A DNA stretch of 64,000 nt, from the NCBI GenBank assembly GCA_045601085.1, contig JAZRZD010000002.1:6106-70105 (forward strand), read 5' to 3'. Positions 1 to 9,045 of this stretch are shown here, one piece after another (positions within the stretch are counted from its first letter, which is position 1; each line of letters opens with the position of its first letter). The translations under genes were made by a program, and so were the position numbers. The DNA is from Bacilli bacterium (lineage in GTDB: Bacteria; Bacillota_I; Bacilli_A; RFN20; CAG-826). The notes under the pieces were generated by a model. The model did no database searches and was not told the origin of the DNA. It saw nothing but the letters and a program-made list of their open reading frames with translations.

Positions 1-10
1 GTTATTAACG

Positions 11-1408
11 ATGTATGCATATCAAGGAGACTTATATCTTTACTTCTTTGCATCATCACCATTTACATTCGATGACGTTAGGATGGAATATTCCATCTCC
101 ACCACCCTTTCTGAAGATAGTACAACAATTATCGAAGATTGGCATGAACGTGGAGAAGCATTCCAATGCAGCGTTCACGATTACAATGGATCAGATAAGA
201 AATTTTACAAAGTTGTAGCTGAAGATTTCTATGATCATGATGTCGGAGATGTTCACCGTGTTAAAGTTAAAAAACTAAACATGTATCAAGGCGATGAATA
301 CCATTACATGTGCCGCAATTGTGACAATGCCGAATATTCATGGAAAGATGCAGCTCAAAACGAAGATCAAGTTTATACATATTATAAAGATAACTATTTA
401 ATAGTTAATGATGCTAAATATATCCAGCAACTAGTAAATACAAAGTATTCTACTGTTACTCAAACACAAGCTATCGAAGCTAGAGAAATAAATTGGTTAT
501 TCTTTACTTACGATTATTCCTCACTCGGCCCAAATTACCAGTTAGGAAAATTAAAAGAAATTGATATAGCTTACGAATATCTCAGCTATACAGCAACATA
601 CCGTGTAGATGGAGCACCATATGCCACTTTATATGCGGGTGGATACAAAGATCCAAACAATTTCTTTGATAGAAACGGTCATGGATCAAGAGAAGCAGAA
701 TTTACATTAAATAAATCAAATAGACTTGAGACTACAGTTACGCCGTCAACTAGAACAATCGATACAGTTACAGACCAAGCAACAATTTTCTTCTTCTGGA
801 ACATTACTCATAAAATCAATTATTCATATAACACGATTCAGGCATTAGATGATAATTCATTAAGTTCAATTGGAGACGCAGATTTTAAAAAATTCTGTGA
901 ATCCCAAAGAGATCACTACAAATGGGCTATTGATTTTAGAGAAGATAACCGTGTGTTACAAAAAACTGAAAACGATGTTCACGGCTTTGTTGAATGGTGG
1001 AAATCAACTCAAAAAGCCACCACTACTTGCCATCAAGCTTCTAGTGTTACAGCTACTAGATTTGTATTCGAAAACCAGGATGGAACTGCTGAATTAAATG
1101 CAATCATGAATCCTGTAGAGATTAGCGAAACTCTCGCTACTTCTCCAACTGTTTATACAACTGTCAGCTTTACATTAGGAAGCGAAGAAGCAACCAGAAA
1201 ATTCTGGATAATAGTTGGAATAATTGGAGGCATTCTTGGATTAGCTGGAATTATTTACTTAATTATTAAGCTAAAACGCAAAGGTGTCTTCAAGAAAAAA
1301 CCTAAAGAAAACGGAGGTAATAAAGATATGGCTTACAGAAGCAAATCATACAAACCTTATAATGCTAAAAAGGCTAAAAAAGGTTATAAACGTCGCAAAC
1401 GTTATTAA
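11..1408 (+). CDS. Phage membrane-anchored protein (possible adsorption/minor coat protein); may be 5'-truncated
   Basis: 465 aa ORF, C-terminal TM helix FWIIVGIIGGILGLAGIIYLII followed by a very basic tail. Confidence 0.6.
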   Translation: MYAYQGDLYLYFFASSPFTFDDVRMEYSISTTLSEDSTTIIEDWHERGEAFQCSVHDYNGSDKKFYKVVAEDFYDHDVGDVHRVKVKKLNMYQGDEYHYMCRNCDNAEYSWKDAAQNEDQVYTYYKDNYLIVNDAKYIQQLVNTKYSTVTQTQAIEAREINWLFFTYDYSSLGPNYQLGKLKEIDIAYEYLSYTATYRVDGAPYATLYAGGYKDPNNFFDRNGHGSREAEFTLNKSNRLETTVTPSTRTIDTVTDQATIFFFWNITHKINYSYNTIQALDDNSLSSIGDADFKKFCESQRDHYKWAIDFREDNRVLQKTENDVHGFVEWWKSTQKATTTCHQASSVTATRFVFENQDGTAELNAIMNPVEISETLATSPTVYTTVSFTLGSEEATRKFWIIVGIIGGILGLAGIIYLIIKLKRKGVFKKKPKENGGNKDMAYRSKSYKPYNAKKAKKGYKRRKRY

Positions 1409-1415
1409 TTAAAGG

Positions 1416-1775
1416 ATGTTCGGTGTTTTTAAAAAGCATCGCATTCTTAAGCTCATAGGTTTAACCTTTGGGCTTTTCCTTCTTTGGTATTTAGTATCTC
1501 CAGCAATTGATATTATCCGTGGCCAAGATGTCCAAATAACAGAATTAGTTGGAACATATGCTTATGGAACAGATCATATTGTTGAATTCTATACTGAGAC
1601 CATTGGAAAAATGGTAAGTGAAGGAGTTCCAACTGAATTTATGTATACATTAGATAAAGGAATAATCAGTTGCCATTCTGTTGGTGATAATCCTCATGAT
1701 TGGGAAATGAGAACTCTATCTAATGGAGCGATCTTCAATTGTTACGACTCCACTTACCTCTTTAAGAGGAATTAG
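1416..1775 (+). CDS. Small phage protein with N-terminal TM helix
   Basis: 119 aa ORF, hydrophobic LIGLTFGLFLLWYLV after basic N-terminus, AAGGA RBS. Confidence 0.65.
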   Translation: MFGVFKKHRILKLIGLTFGLFLLWYLVSPAIDIIRGQDVQITELVGTYAYGTDHIVEFYTETIGKMVSEGVPTEFMYTLDKGIISCHSVGDNPHDWEMRTLSNGAIFNCYDSTYLFKRN

Positions 1776-1776
1776 A

Positions 1777-4017
1777 ATGCAAGCTTTTAAAAGAATATTA
1801 AAGCATCTTATAGCTATTCTTATTATCTCTATTCCACTATTAGTCATTTATCTTAAAGAACCTTGGATGCTTCCAAGAATTATTGTTACTGGTCAATCAT
1901 TATTCAACAAAACTAAGTCATCAATATTGTTTTATATGAATAAGGAATATACAGCTCCTTATTTAATTGAAACAACTTGGAGCATTCCAGGAAGCGTTCA
2001 TATTATTCCAAACTTCAATTTTGATCTTTGGGGAAAATCAATAAAGAATTATTTCCAAATTTTGTTCTCTTATCAAAATTTTCTATCATGGACTTTAAGA
2101 ACCAGTGATGGATTAATTGCTTTATCAAGATTCTTAATGATTGCAATTTGCTTATTCTTGTTATTCTATCTTTTCTTTCAAGCTTATTTTGATGAAAATC
2201 AATTCGATTACACTAGAAAAAGCAAACCTTTGCAGTTCTATTTGAAGCTCAAGGAAGGATTCTTTACTAAAATTAAGAATGCCGTTGTTAGCTTCATTAA
2301 ATGGTTTAAATCATCTATTTATTTTTCAATTTTAATTACAATAATAATTTTCAATTTTGCATTGCCATTCTTAGTAATCGATCTTGTTTCTGAATATTTT
2401 TACATCTTTACAAGCTTTGATTTTGTTTCATTGTTAGACACAGTTTCTTCTGCAATTATAACAATTTACCAAGGCATAGCTTTCTTCCCATTGTTTATAA
2501 AAATTTTATTCATATTAGTTTTGATTAGAATTTTAACTTTGTTAAGAGCTAGAAGATTTATAGAAGGAAAATTAATTCCAAGAGATGAAAAGATGGTAAA
2601 TAACGATACTGGAGTTTTCACTTTGATCCTAGGAAAAATGCGAGGCGGTAAAACAACATTAGCAACTTCCATGGCCAGAATCATGAACACCATTTATCAC
2701 AAAAATGCTTACGAAAACATGACTCGAGTCTCATTAATGTTTCCAGATTTTCCATATATTGCTTTAGAAAAAGAAATTATTCGATTAGCTAAAAAGCGAA
2801 GGATAGTTAATATGGAACAAGCTGCAAAATATGTGATGAACATTTATAAAGCTGGTAACAGTAAACCATTTGTTCTATTCGGTTATGATGTTAGTAAGCA
2901 AAAAACATTCTTCTATGACGGTGCTTCTTCGTTAAGTTTAGAAGATGCATTAATAATTTATGCAGAAAGTTATTGGATCTACTTCCATGACGGTAACTTA
3001 ATTGCATCCAATTTCCCAATAAGAACAGATGACATTAAATTAGATAATGGCCATCTGATTTTGTGGGATTATGACTATTTTAGAAGAAAAAACAAAACAG
3101 AATTATGGAAACATTCTTCTTTATCTCACATCTTAGTTTTTGATTCTCTAAGAATGGGAAAGAAGATTGATTCGAAAAACATTTATAAAGATACAGCTGG
3201 ACCTATGGTTGCTGTTTCTACAGAATTCGGCAAAGAATATGGAAATATGGTTACTAATTTGGCCTATGATCCAAAAGATGATAAGGCAAATCCTAAAAAC
3301 GATTTATTGGATTATTCCTTAAAACTTGGCGGACATATGGCAAATATATGGCATACCAATTTCTTCAAATTTATTGCCGATGAACAAAGAAGCGGATCAT
3401 TATCTGCTAATTTAGTTGATGTAGCTCAATCAATATTTACAGCTGATAAAAAGAATCAAAAGGAAAAATGTGCCCTACACCTATTCGTGTATGAGCCGCT
3501 TATCTTAGATTGGATAATTTCAATTAGAGAAAGATTTTATACAAAGTATAGATTTGCAAGAGAGGATTCAACACTCTTGTTTTATCTTCTTAATCGCTTA
3601 GCTAATTATGCTTATGCAATTGAGTCATTTGTATATATGCGTTATGGATATAAACAAATTAATCTTCCTAGATGTACTTGTGATTCAACAGGAAACATTA
3701 AAGAAGGCGACATGGAGAAATTTTATATCATTAACTTCATTGATTATGCTGATAGATTCGAATCGGCTTGTATGAAGGATTTCTTAAATCAACACAAGAA
3801 AGATGCATACAGAGGATTCTTTGATCTACCAGAATATAAAAAGTTAATGCCAAATAAAGTTGAATGGTCGACTCAGGGAAGTTATCTAGTAAATGATTTA
3901 CTGGATCCAACTCGTAAATTTAGCGCAACTCTCTCTTCCAAGCATGGTAACGGCTCCAGGCGAACAAGTGTCGCGGACCGTTACCATCTTAGGAAAGGAG
4001 GCGCTAATAAGAGATGA
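1777..4017 (+). CDS. Zot/pI-like morphogenesis ATPase with N-terminal TM segments
   Basis: Walker A GKMRGGKTT after several hydrophobic helices; start moved to ATG 1777 (GAGGA RBS at 1766-1770) instead of track start 1723. Confidence 0.7.
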   Translation: MQAFKRILKHLIAILIISIPLLVIYLKEPWMLPRIIVTGQSLFNKTKSSILFYMNKEYTAPYLIETTWSIPGSVHIIPNFNFDLWGKSIKNYFQILFSYQNFLSWTLRTSDGLIALSRFLMIAICLFLLFYLFFQAYFDENQFDYTRKSKPLQFYLKLKEGFFTKIKNAVVSFIKWFKSSIYFSILITIIIFNFALPFLVIDLVSEYFYIFTSFDFVSLLDTVSSAIITIYQGIAFFPLFIKILFILVLIRILTLLRARRFIEGKLIPRDEKMVNNDTGVFTLILGKMRGGKTTLATSMARIMNTIYHKNAYENMTRVSLMFPDFPYIALEKEIIRLAKKRRIVNMEQAAKYVMNIYKAGNSKPFVLFGYDVSKQKTFFYDGASSLSLEDALIIYAESYWIYFHDGNLIASNFPIRTDDIKLDNGHLILWDYDYFRRKNKTELWKHSSLSHILVFDSLRMGKKIDSKNIYKDTAGPMVAVSTEFGKEYGNMVTNLAYDPKDDKANPKNDLLDYSLKLGGHMANIWHTNFFKFIADEQRSGSLSANLVDVAQSIFTADKKNQKEKCALHLFVYEPLILDWIISIRERFYTKYRFAREDSTLLFYLLNRLANYAYAIESFVYMRYGYKQINLPRCTCDSTGNIKEGDMEKFYIINFIDYADRFESACMKDFLNQHKKDAYRGFFDLPEYKKLMPNKVEWSTQGSYLVNDLLDPTRKFSATLSSKHGNGSRRTSVADRYHLRKGGANKR

Positions 4018-5318
4018 GTATGAATAACAATGAGAGCGGAGCGGGGCGTAATGGTAATACGCCCCCTAAAAAGTTCGAAACGACTTCCGTTTGTATCGAT
4101 TATCTAAAGATAAGAGTTACAGGGAATCGTGAAGAAGATAGGAGTAGATTTGAAAATTTATTCAAAATACTTCAAGTTTATGAATACGAAACGGAAAAGA
4201 GTAATGGACGTTATGGATACCAAACAATGTTAGGTTTATTTCCTGGATGTACATTCAACTATGGAGGCCATTTCACAAAAACTTCAAAAGGTGAAGATAC
4301 TTCACTGCTCGAAATGTCAGGAAAGGGCTGTAGAGAGTTTGAGGATAGATATTTCTCATTTAATCCAGATAGAGGAATCTTAACTAGAGAAGAAATTTTA
4401 AGATCTGGATGGATTGCCTTAATTGAAGAATGCAGTCGATTGGGTGGCGTAGCTACCAGAATTGATATACCAGTTGATGATATGTCTGGTGTATTAGAAA
4501 TTGCTGAAATTAAAGAAAAAATTTCAAAAAAAGAATATGCAACTAGAATGCGAAAGCTTTCTACCTCACTATCTCATGATGAGGAAGAACACCAAGAATC
4601 AGTTTTACAAGAACCTGATAAATTGCGTGATAGAGTGTCAACAGAAGACGCAAAAAGAACGGGTTATTCAGCTACTTTTGGCAATCGCGATCATTTACAA
4701 CTTTGCATTTATGACAAGGCTGCTGAACAACATAATAAAGGAAATTTTATGAATGTTGAAAAATGGATAAGATTCGAAGTTCGATATTATCATAAAAATG
4801 CGGAATTGTTGCTTCCACTACTTCTTGATAGTCTAAAGAAAAAGGATTTTCACAAATTTGCAGTTGCTCGATTAAAAGGAATCTTTGAATTTAAAGAATG
4901 TTTAGATAATAAAAATCGCGCGAAAAACAAATCCTGGTCAAAATGGGAAGAATTTACAAACGGTGTCGAAAAAGAATCTGGATTTTCCATAGTTCATGGT
5001 GTTCCGACTATTCAATCAAACGCTTTATGGCTCAAAAAGGATGCATCATTAGCACTTGGCAAACTAGTATCTTGCTTAGATGTGCCTTTAAGTGAAATGA
5101 TGGCAGCTTATGCGTTAGAGTTTATTCATAGAGCTGATAATTCACACCTACAAGCTATAAATCAATGGCGTAGAAGCAAAAACAAGGAACCATTTAGAAA
5201 TCTTAAGGAAGTTAAAAATTACATCATTTCCAAACCAGATTTTCCTGATGAAATTCACGAAGAAACAATAACAATGATTCTTGCGATTGGAAAACCAGAA
5301 AAAGATGATAAAGGATAA
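4014..5318 (+). CDS. Rolling-circle replication initiation factor (Rep_trans family)
   Basis: IDYLKI, LLEMSGKGCREFE, TRIDIPVDD, CIYDKAAEQ, WIRFEVRY motifs typical of Rep_trans. Confidence 0.85.
   Translation: MSMNNNESGAGRNGNTPPKKFETTSVCIDYLKIRVTGNREEDRSRFENLFKILQVYEYETEKSNGRYGYQTMLGLFPGCTFNYGGHFTKTSKGEDTSLLEMSGKGCREFEDRYFSFNPDRGILTREEILRSGWIALIEECSRLGGVATRIDIPVDDMSGVLEIAEIKEKISKKEYATRMRKLSTSLSHDEEEHQESVLQEPDKLRDRVSTEDAKRTGYSATFGNRDHLQLCIYDKAAEQHNKGNFMNVEKWIRFEVRYYHKNAELLLPLLLDSLKKKDFHKFAVARLKGIFEFKECLDNKNRAKNKSWSKWEEFTNGVEKESGFSIVHGVPTIQSNALWLKKDASLALGKLVSCLDVPLSEMMAAYALEFIHRADNSHLQAINQWRRSKNKEPFRNLKEVKNYIISKPDFPDEIHEETITMILAIGKPEKDDKG
4043..4065 (+). other. Candidate double-strand origin (nick-site hairpin)
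   Basis: Perfect 8-bp GC stem GGGGCGTA/TACGCCCC, loop ATGGTAA, T^AATA as in the pT181-family nick context. Confidence 0.55.
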
Positions 5319-5475
5319 TGAAATTGTTGTACTTACAAAGGATGATTTTATAAAACTTTCAAAAGAAAAACCTCTAATAGATGAAAAATCTATTCGAAAA
5401 TTAATGGTTCCTATATTAGCAGAAATGATTCGTGCTAAATATATATCTGATAAAAAGAAATCCTCAGATGGTTAA
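5305..5475 (+). CDS. Small hypothetical phage protein
   Basis: ATG overlapping the rep 3' end (MIKDNEIV...), co-oriented. Confidence 0.45.
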   Translation: MIKDNEIVVLTKDDFIKLSKEKPLIDEKSIRKLMVPILAEMIRAKYISDKKKSSDG

Positions 5476-5495
5476 AAAGCCAAATGAGGATTTTT

Positions 5496-5870
5496 TTAAT
5501 ATCTATTAAGATTTTTTATAATTTCATCGGTATTTGCTTTTATCTCTTTTTCGAGATCGCTAAGCTCATCAAGGATTTCAGAGTTAACAAGTTGAATGAA
5601 ATCATTATCATTAGTTCTTCTTTTGATATCTCTCGTTTTTTTAAAGCGCATTATTTTTTCAATTGCTTTATTTATATCGTTATAAAGGTAATCGCTTATA
5701 TAAGAATTATCAAAAAGGAAGTCATTATATTCATTCATTTTTTTAATGGATTTAGAAACTTTTTTGATCGTGTTGCTTCTGAGACAATACAGATTCATTA
5801 GATTGTCACAAAAAGCATTACGTCTAATTTCGAAGTCAAAATTAACATTCTCTAAATCATAATTTTTCAT
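5496..5870 (-). CDS. Hypothetical protein (phage accessory)
   Basis: GAAGGAG RBS before ATG at 5870 (MKNYDLE...), 124 aa. Confidence 0.6.
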   Translation of the reverse strand: MKNYDLENVNFDFEIRRNAFCDNLMNLYCLRSNTIKKVSKSIKKMNEYNDFLFDNSYISDYLYNDINKAIEKIMRFKKTRDIKRRTNDNDFIQLVNSEILDELSDLEKEIKANTDEIIKNLNRY

Positions 5871-6092
5871 ATAAGCTCCTTCTATTAATGGTAATTTTGA
5901 GCCTTTATTTGACTTAAATATCAATAAGGCTACCCTTCGGCTCTAGGGCGAAACGTACAGCTATCTATTACGGCCCATAGGTACTTGAATGCCGGGCGAA
6001 CACGAATACTTAGCGCCATCTACGAAGCCTTCTAGAACAGCTTAAAAATAGTATATCACGTGTTTAATAAAAGTGTTATATTTTTTTAATAA

Positions 6093-6278
6093 TTATTTAA
6101 TAAGACCATCTTTGATGAAAAGTTCATTTAAAACTCGCTTTTGCTTCATCGTTGGATTATATTTTCCATTTTCCCACCTATTTAATGTAACGAAACTTAC
6201 ACCTAATTGAGCTGCAAACTCTTCCTGAGTAAGAAAATGCTTTTCTCTATATTTTTTAATTAATTTTGCGAAATCCAT
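6093..6278 (-). CDS. XRE-family HTH regulator
   Basis: LTQEEFAAQLGVSFVTLNRWENGK HTH motif; start at MDFAK with AAGGA RBS. Confidence 0.85.
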   Translation of the reverse strand: MDFAKLIKKYREKHFLTQEEFAAQLGVSFVTLNRWENGKYNPTMKQKRVLNELFIKDGLIK

Positions 6279-6484
6279 ATTAAATCCTTGTATCAGTATT
6301 ATAACATTTGAATTGAGTGAAGAAAAAGCACCAATTACGGTGCTAATTTCTATCCAATGATCTTTCAAGTCTTTCTCTCTCTAATCTTCGAGCTTTAGCT
6401 CTTTCAAGATAAGGACCAAGATCATCATGGAAGGCATACAGATATTTATTTACATAAATACATTGGTACGCCTGATACTTCGTT

Positions 6485-6561
6485 TGGTGACCCATATCGG
6501 ATTCGAACCGATGAATGTATCCTTGAGAGGGATATGAGTTAAGCCTCTTCTCCAATGGGCC
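6485..6561 (-). tRNA. tRNA-Glu(CTC)
   Basis: Cloverleaf GGCCCAT...ATGGGTCACCA, anticodon loop CTCTCAA. Confidence 0.95.
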
Positions 6562-6576
6562 ATAAGAGTCATTGCT

Positions 6577-8238
6577 CTATAAAGAGGCAATAACTTTATC
6601 TATTCTTTTATCACATCTATCCTTAGAAAGGACTTTCATGACGTAATATAAGTTAGGGGAATTCTTCTTACCAGTTAAGGTAATTCTAAGCATCTCTGCT
6701 ACATCAGAGACACTTCCAATATATTTGTCTGATTCAAGCTTATATTCTTTACCACTACCAGCGTAGCCTAAAGAAGAAGCAATTTCTTTTAAATTATTAA
6801 ACCAGGATTGTTCATCTTGATCTAATGATAAATTCTCTTTAACTTTTAAGAGAGTTTCTTTAATTATCTCTTTAGAGAATTTCTCATTATATGGTTCTTT
6901 AACTATAGAATCATATTTATCATCATAGAAGAATGAGATAGAAGACACTAAGTCAGAGAGTTTTTCATAATCTTTTCTTGGTTTTTCTTTCTCTCTTTCA
7001 ATATTCATAATATCCATAAAATAGTTTTCATCTCTAGAGATAAGTTCTTTAAGTTCTGGATCATATTCATTAGCGTAATTCTTAGCTAAATATAATATTT
7101 CATATTTAGTTTTTCTCGCTAATATCTCTTTTGAAAAGAATTTTAATTTACCAATATCAAATAATGCACCTTCTCTAGAGAACTTTTCAAAAGAGAAATT
7201 AAATTCTTCCATATGGGAGAAATTATGAGCAAATATCCATTCTTCAAAATTAGAATTAGCAATGGTATATAAATACATTATTAATGCTTCTGTTGGATAA
7301 CCATCTTTAAGGAAGTATGATACTGCTGCTTCATTATCTAACCTTTTAGATAATTTACGTTTATTACCAGTAGTATCATCTACTTTCATAATTACAGGTA
7401 GATGAGCGTAGTTAGGAAGTTTCCAACCTAAAGTAGTAAATAATTCTACATGGATTGGTAAAGATGATATCCATTCTTCTCCTCTTATAACAGTGTTAGT
7501 TCTCATAAAGTGATCATCTACTGCGTGCGCAAAGTGATAGGTTGGAAGACCATCACTTTTTAAGATAACGATATCTTGATCATTTTCCACTCCATCAAGA
7601 GTGCCTCTAATTAAATCATAGAACTTAACTTTTCTTATATGGTTACCACTACTTTTAAATCTAATAACGTATTTCTCACCATTTTTAATCTTTTCTGCTT
7701 TTTCATCATTATTTAAGAATCTACATTTAGCGAACACTCCATAATAACCAGGAATAATTTTATTAGCTTCTTGTTTGCTTCTTATATCATCAAGAGCTTC
7801 TTGAGAACAAAAACAAGGATAGGCTCTACCAATAGAGATTAAGTATTTAATACATACTTTATAGATATACGCTCTATGGGATTGTTGATATGGGCCATAG
7901 TTACCTTCTTCATGATCACCAAAATATCCCTCAAATGGAGCGATATTAAAAGTATGTAATTGATCAAGTAGTTGTTTACCACTACCTTCAATTTCTCTTT
8001 TAGTGTCTGTATCCTCTAATCTAACAAAGAATACACCACCAGTTTGACTTGCGAATTTATGACATATCATACTGGTAAACAAACTACCAGTATGTAAGAA
8101 ACCTGTAGGAGAAGGAGCAAACCTTGTAACCAAGGCACCTTCTTTAAGGTTTCTTGGAGGGTATTTCTTCTCAAGGTCATCAATAGTTTCTTTAATATCA
8201 GGGAATATAAGTTCTGCAAGTTCTTTATCTGTAATCAT
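6577..8238 (-). CDS. gltX: Glutamate--tRNA ligase
   Basis: TRFAPSPTGFLHTGS (HIGH-like) and KLSKR motifs. Confidence 0.95.
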   Translation of the reverse strand: MITDKELAELIFPDIKETIDDLEKKYPPRNLKEGALVTRFAPSPTGFLHTGSLFTSMICHKFASQTGGVFFVRLEDTDTKREIEGSGKQLLDQLHTFNIAPFEGYFGDHEEGNYGPYQQSHRAYIYKVCIKYLISIGRAYPCFCSQEALDDIRSKQEANKIIPGYYGVFAKCRFLNNDEKAEKIKNGEKYVIRFKSSGNHIRKVKFYDLIRGTLDGVENDQDIVILKSDGLPTYHFAHAVDDHFMRTNTVIRGEEWISSLPIHVELFTTLGWKLPNYAHLPVIMKVDDTTGNKRKLSKRLDNEAAVSYFLKDGYPTEALIMYLYTIANSNFEEWIFAHNFSHMEEFNFSFEKFSREGALFDIGKLKFFSKEILARKTKYEILYLAKNYANEYDPELKELISRDENYFMDIMNIEREKEKPRKDYEKLSDLVSSISFFYDDKYDSIVKEPYNEKFSKEIIKETLLKVKENLSLDQDEQSWFNNLKEIASSLGYAGSGKEYKLESDKYIGSVSDVAEMLRITLTGKKNSPNLYYVMKVLSKDRCDKRIDKVIASL

Positions 8239-8337
8239 AATAAAATCTCCGTTAGTAATTATATTTCATTATTCATATTATTTCATTTAAATAAATATGA
8301 TTTATCAAATGTAACAATAAGATTGCCATTAAAAGTG

Positions 8338-8365
8338 TTGATAATACATATAGTTGTGATAACAT
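8338..8365 (+). promoter_or_regulatory. sigmaA-type promoter of sRNA 1
   Basis: TTGATA-N16-TAACAT with TGn extension; same pattern recurs at 8790, 8925, 9377 and 9612. Confidence 0.65.
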
Positions 8366-8368
8366 AGA

Positions 8369-8430
8369 GGTATCAAGGATCTAGGTGACCTTAAAAAGAA
8401 AGAGAGTGGGGGCAAACCACTCTCTTTTTT
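8369..8430 (+). ncRNA. Putative antitoxin sRNA 1
   Basis: Promoter, about 30 nt body, terminator AAGAGAGTGG-loop-CCACTCTCTT-T run; 5' end complementary to 3' UTR of the antisense peptide mRNA. Confidence 0.6.
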
Positions 8431-8460
8431 CATTTACATCAGGTGCCAAGGATCTAGGTT

Positions 8461-8553
8461 TTAGTATTTAATTAAAACTACTAATACAATTAACAGTACT
8501 AATATAAATACCGTTGTAGAGAGAAACTCTTTAATAAGAATCTCTCCTTTCAT
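8461..8553 (-). CDS. Putative type I toxin peptide 1 (MKGEILIKEFLSTTVFILVLLIVLVVLIKY)
   Basis: 30-aa single-TM peptide translated by hand; paralogues at 9046 and 9426 keep the C-terminal frame. Confidence 0.65.
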   Translation of the reverse strand: MKGEILIKEFLSTTVFILVLLIVLVVLIKY

Positions 8554-8557
8554 AAAT

Positions 8558-8593
8558 CTAGATTACCATGGCGCCCGGTAATCTCTTTAGCAT
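8558..8593 (-). CDS. Leader uORF (MLKRLPGAMVI)
   Basis: GGAGG RBS 7 nt before ATG; stop 4 nt before toxin ATG; equivalent uORF in unit 2. Confidence 0.45.
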   Translation of the reverse strand: MLKRLPGAMVI

Positions 8594-8820
8594 CCTTGTG
8601 CCTCCTTTTTGTAAACTATCCGAATTACTCCGGCAAAACAAAAGTTAACATATATAAAATATTTAATCAAATACCCATATAGCGTTCCATATTATAAATA
8701 ATATAGTTACTTATATATAAACTAATAATATAGTATTTATTATTTAAATATGGAAAAATTTTATTAAAAAATTATTCCATAATAAAGTATTGATAATTAT
8801 AGGATAGATGATATTATAAA

Positions 8821-8880
8821 GATGCCAAAGTGCTAGAAAAAATTAAAGAAAAGAGAGGGGTTGCAGCCACTCTCTTTTTC
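8821..8880 (+). ncRNA. Putative orphan sRNA 2
   Basis: TTGATA-N16-TATTAT promoter (8790-8817), diverged 5' seed, same terminator family, no peptide gene opposite. Confidence 0.5.
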
Positions 8881-8955
8881 ATTATCTATTAATAATTCTA
8901 GAGAGTAGCACCACTCAAAAAGTATTGATAAATGGTACCACTATGATAATATATA

Positions 8956-9016
8956 GGTATCAAGGATCTAGACAATCTAAAAAAGAAAGAGAGTGGTTGC
9001 ACCCACTCTCTTTTTT
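8956..9016 (+). ncRNA. Putative antitoxin sRNA 3
   Basis: Promoter 8925-8952, GGTATCAAGGATCTAG 5' end, shared bidirectional terminator. Confidence 0.6.
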
Positions 9017-9045
9017 CATTTACATCTGGCGTCAAGAATCTAGAC

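Larger units (their letters stand above)
1..6480 (+). mobile_element. Inovirus-like (filamentous phage) prophage, right part; left boundary outside window
   Basis: Co-oriented membrane proteins, Zot/pI-like P-loop ATPase and Rep_trans initiator with a nick-site-like hairpin; XRE regulator; ends next to tRNA-Glu; no integrase in visible part. Confidence 0.75.

Noticed and set aside
5484-5801. 105-aa plus-strand ORF
   Set aside because: Antisense shadow of the RBS-supported 5496-5870 gene.
6464-6473. TGGTACGCCT identical to the tRNA-Arg 3' end (28527-28536) as a possible att pair
   Set aside because: Only 10 bp, and the interval would contain core genes (gltX, glmM, cdaA).
6343-6555. 70-aa ORF
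   Set aside because: Overlaps tRNA-Glu on the same strand; spurious.
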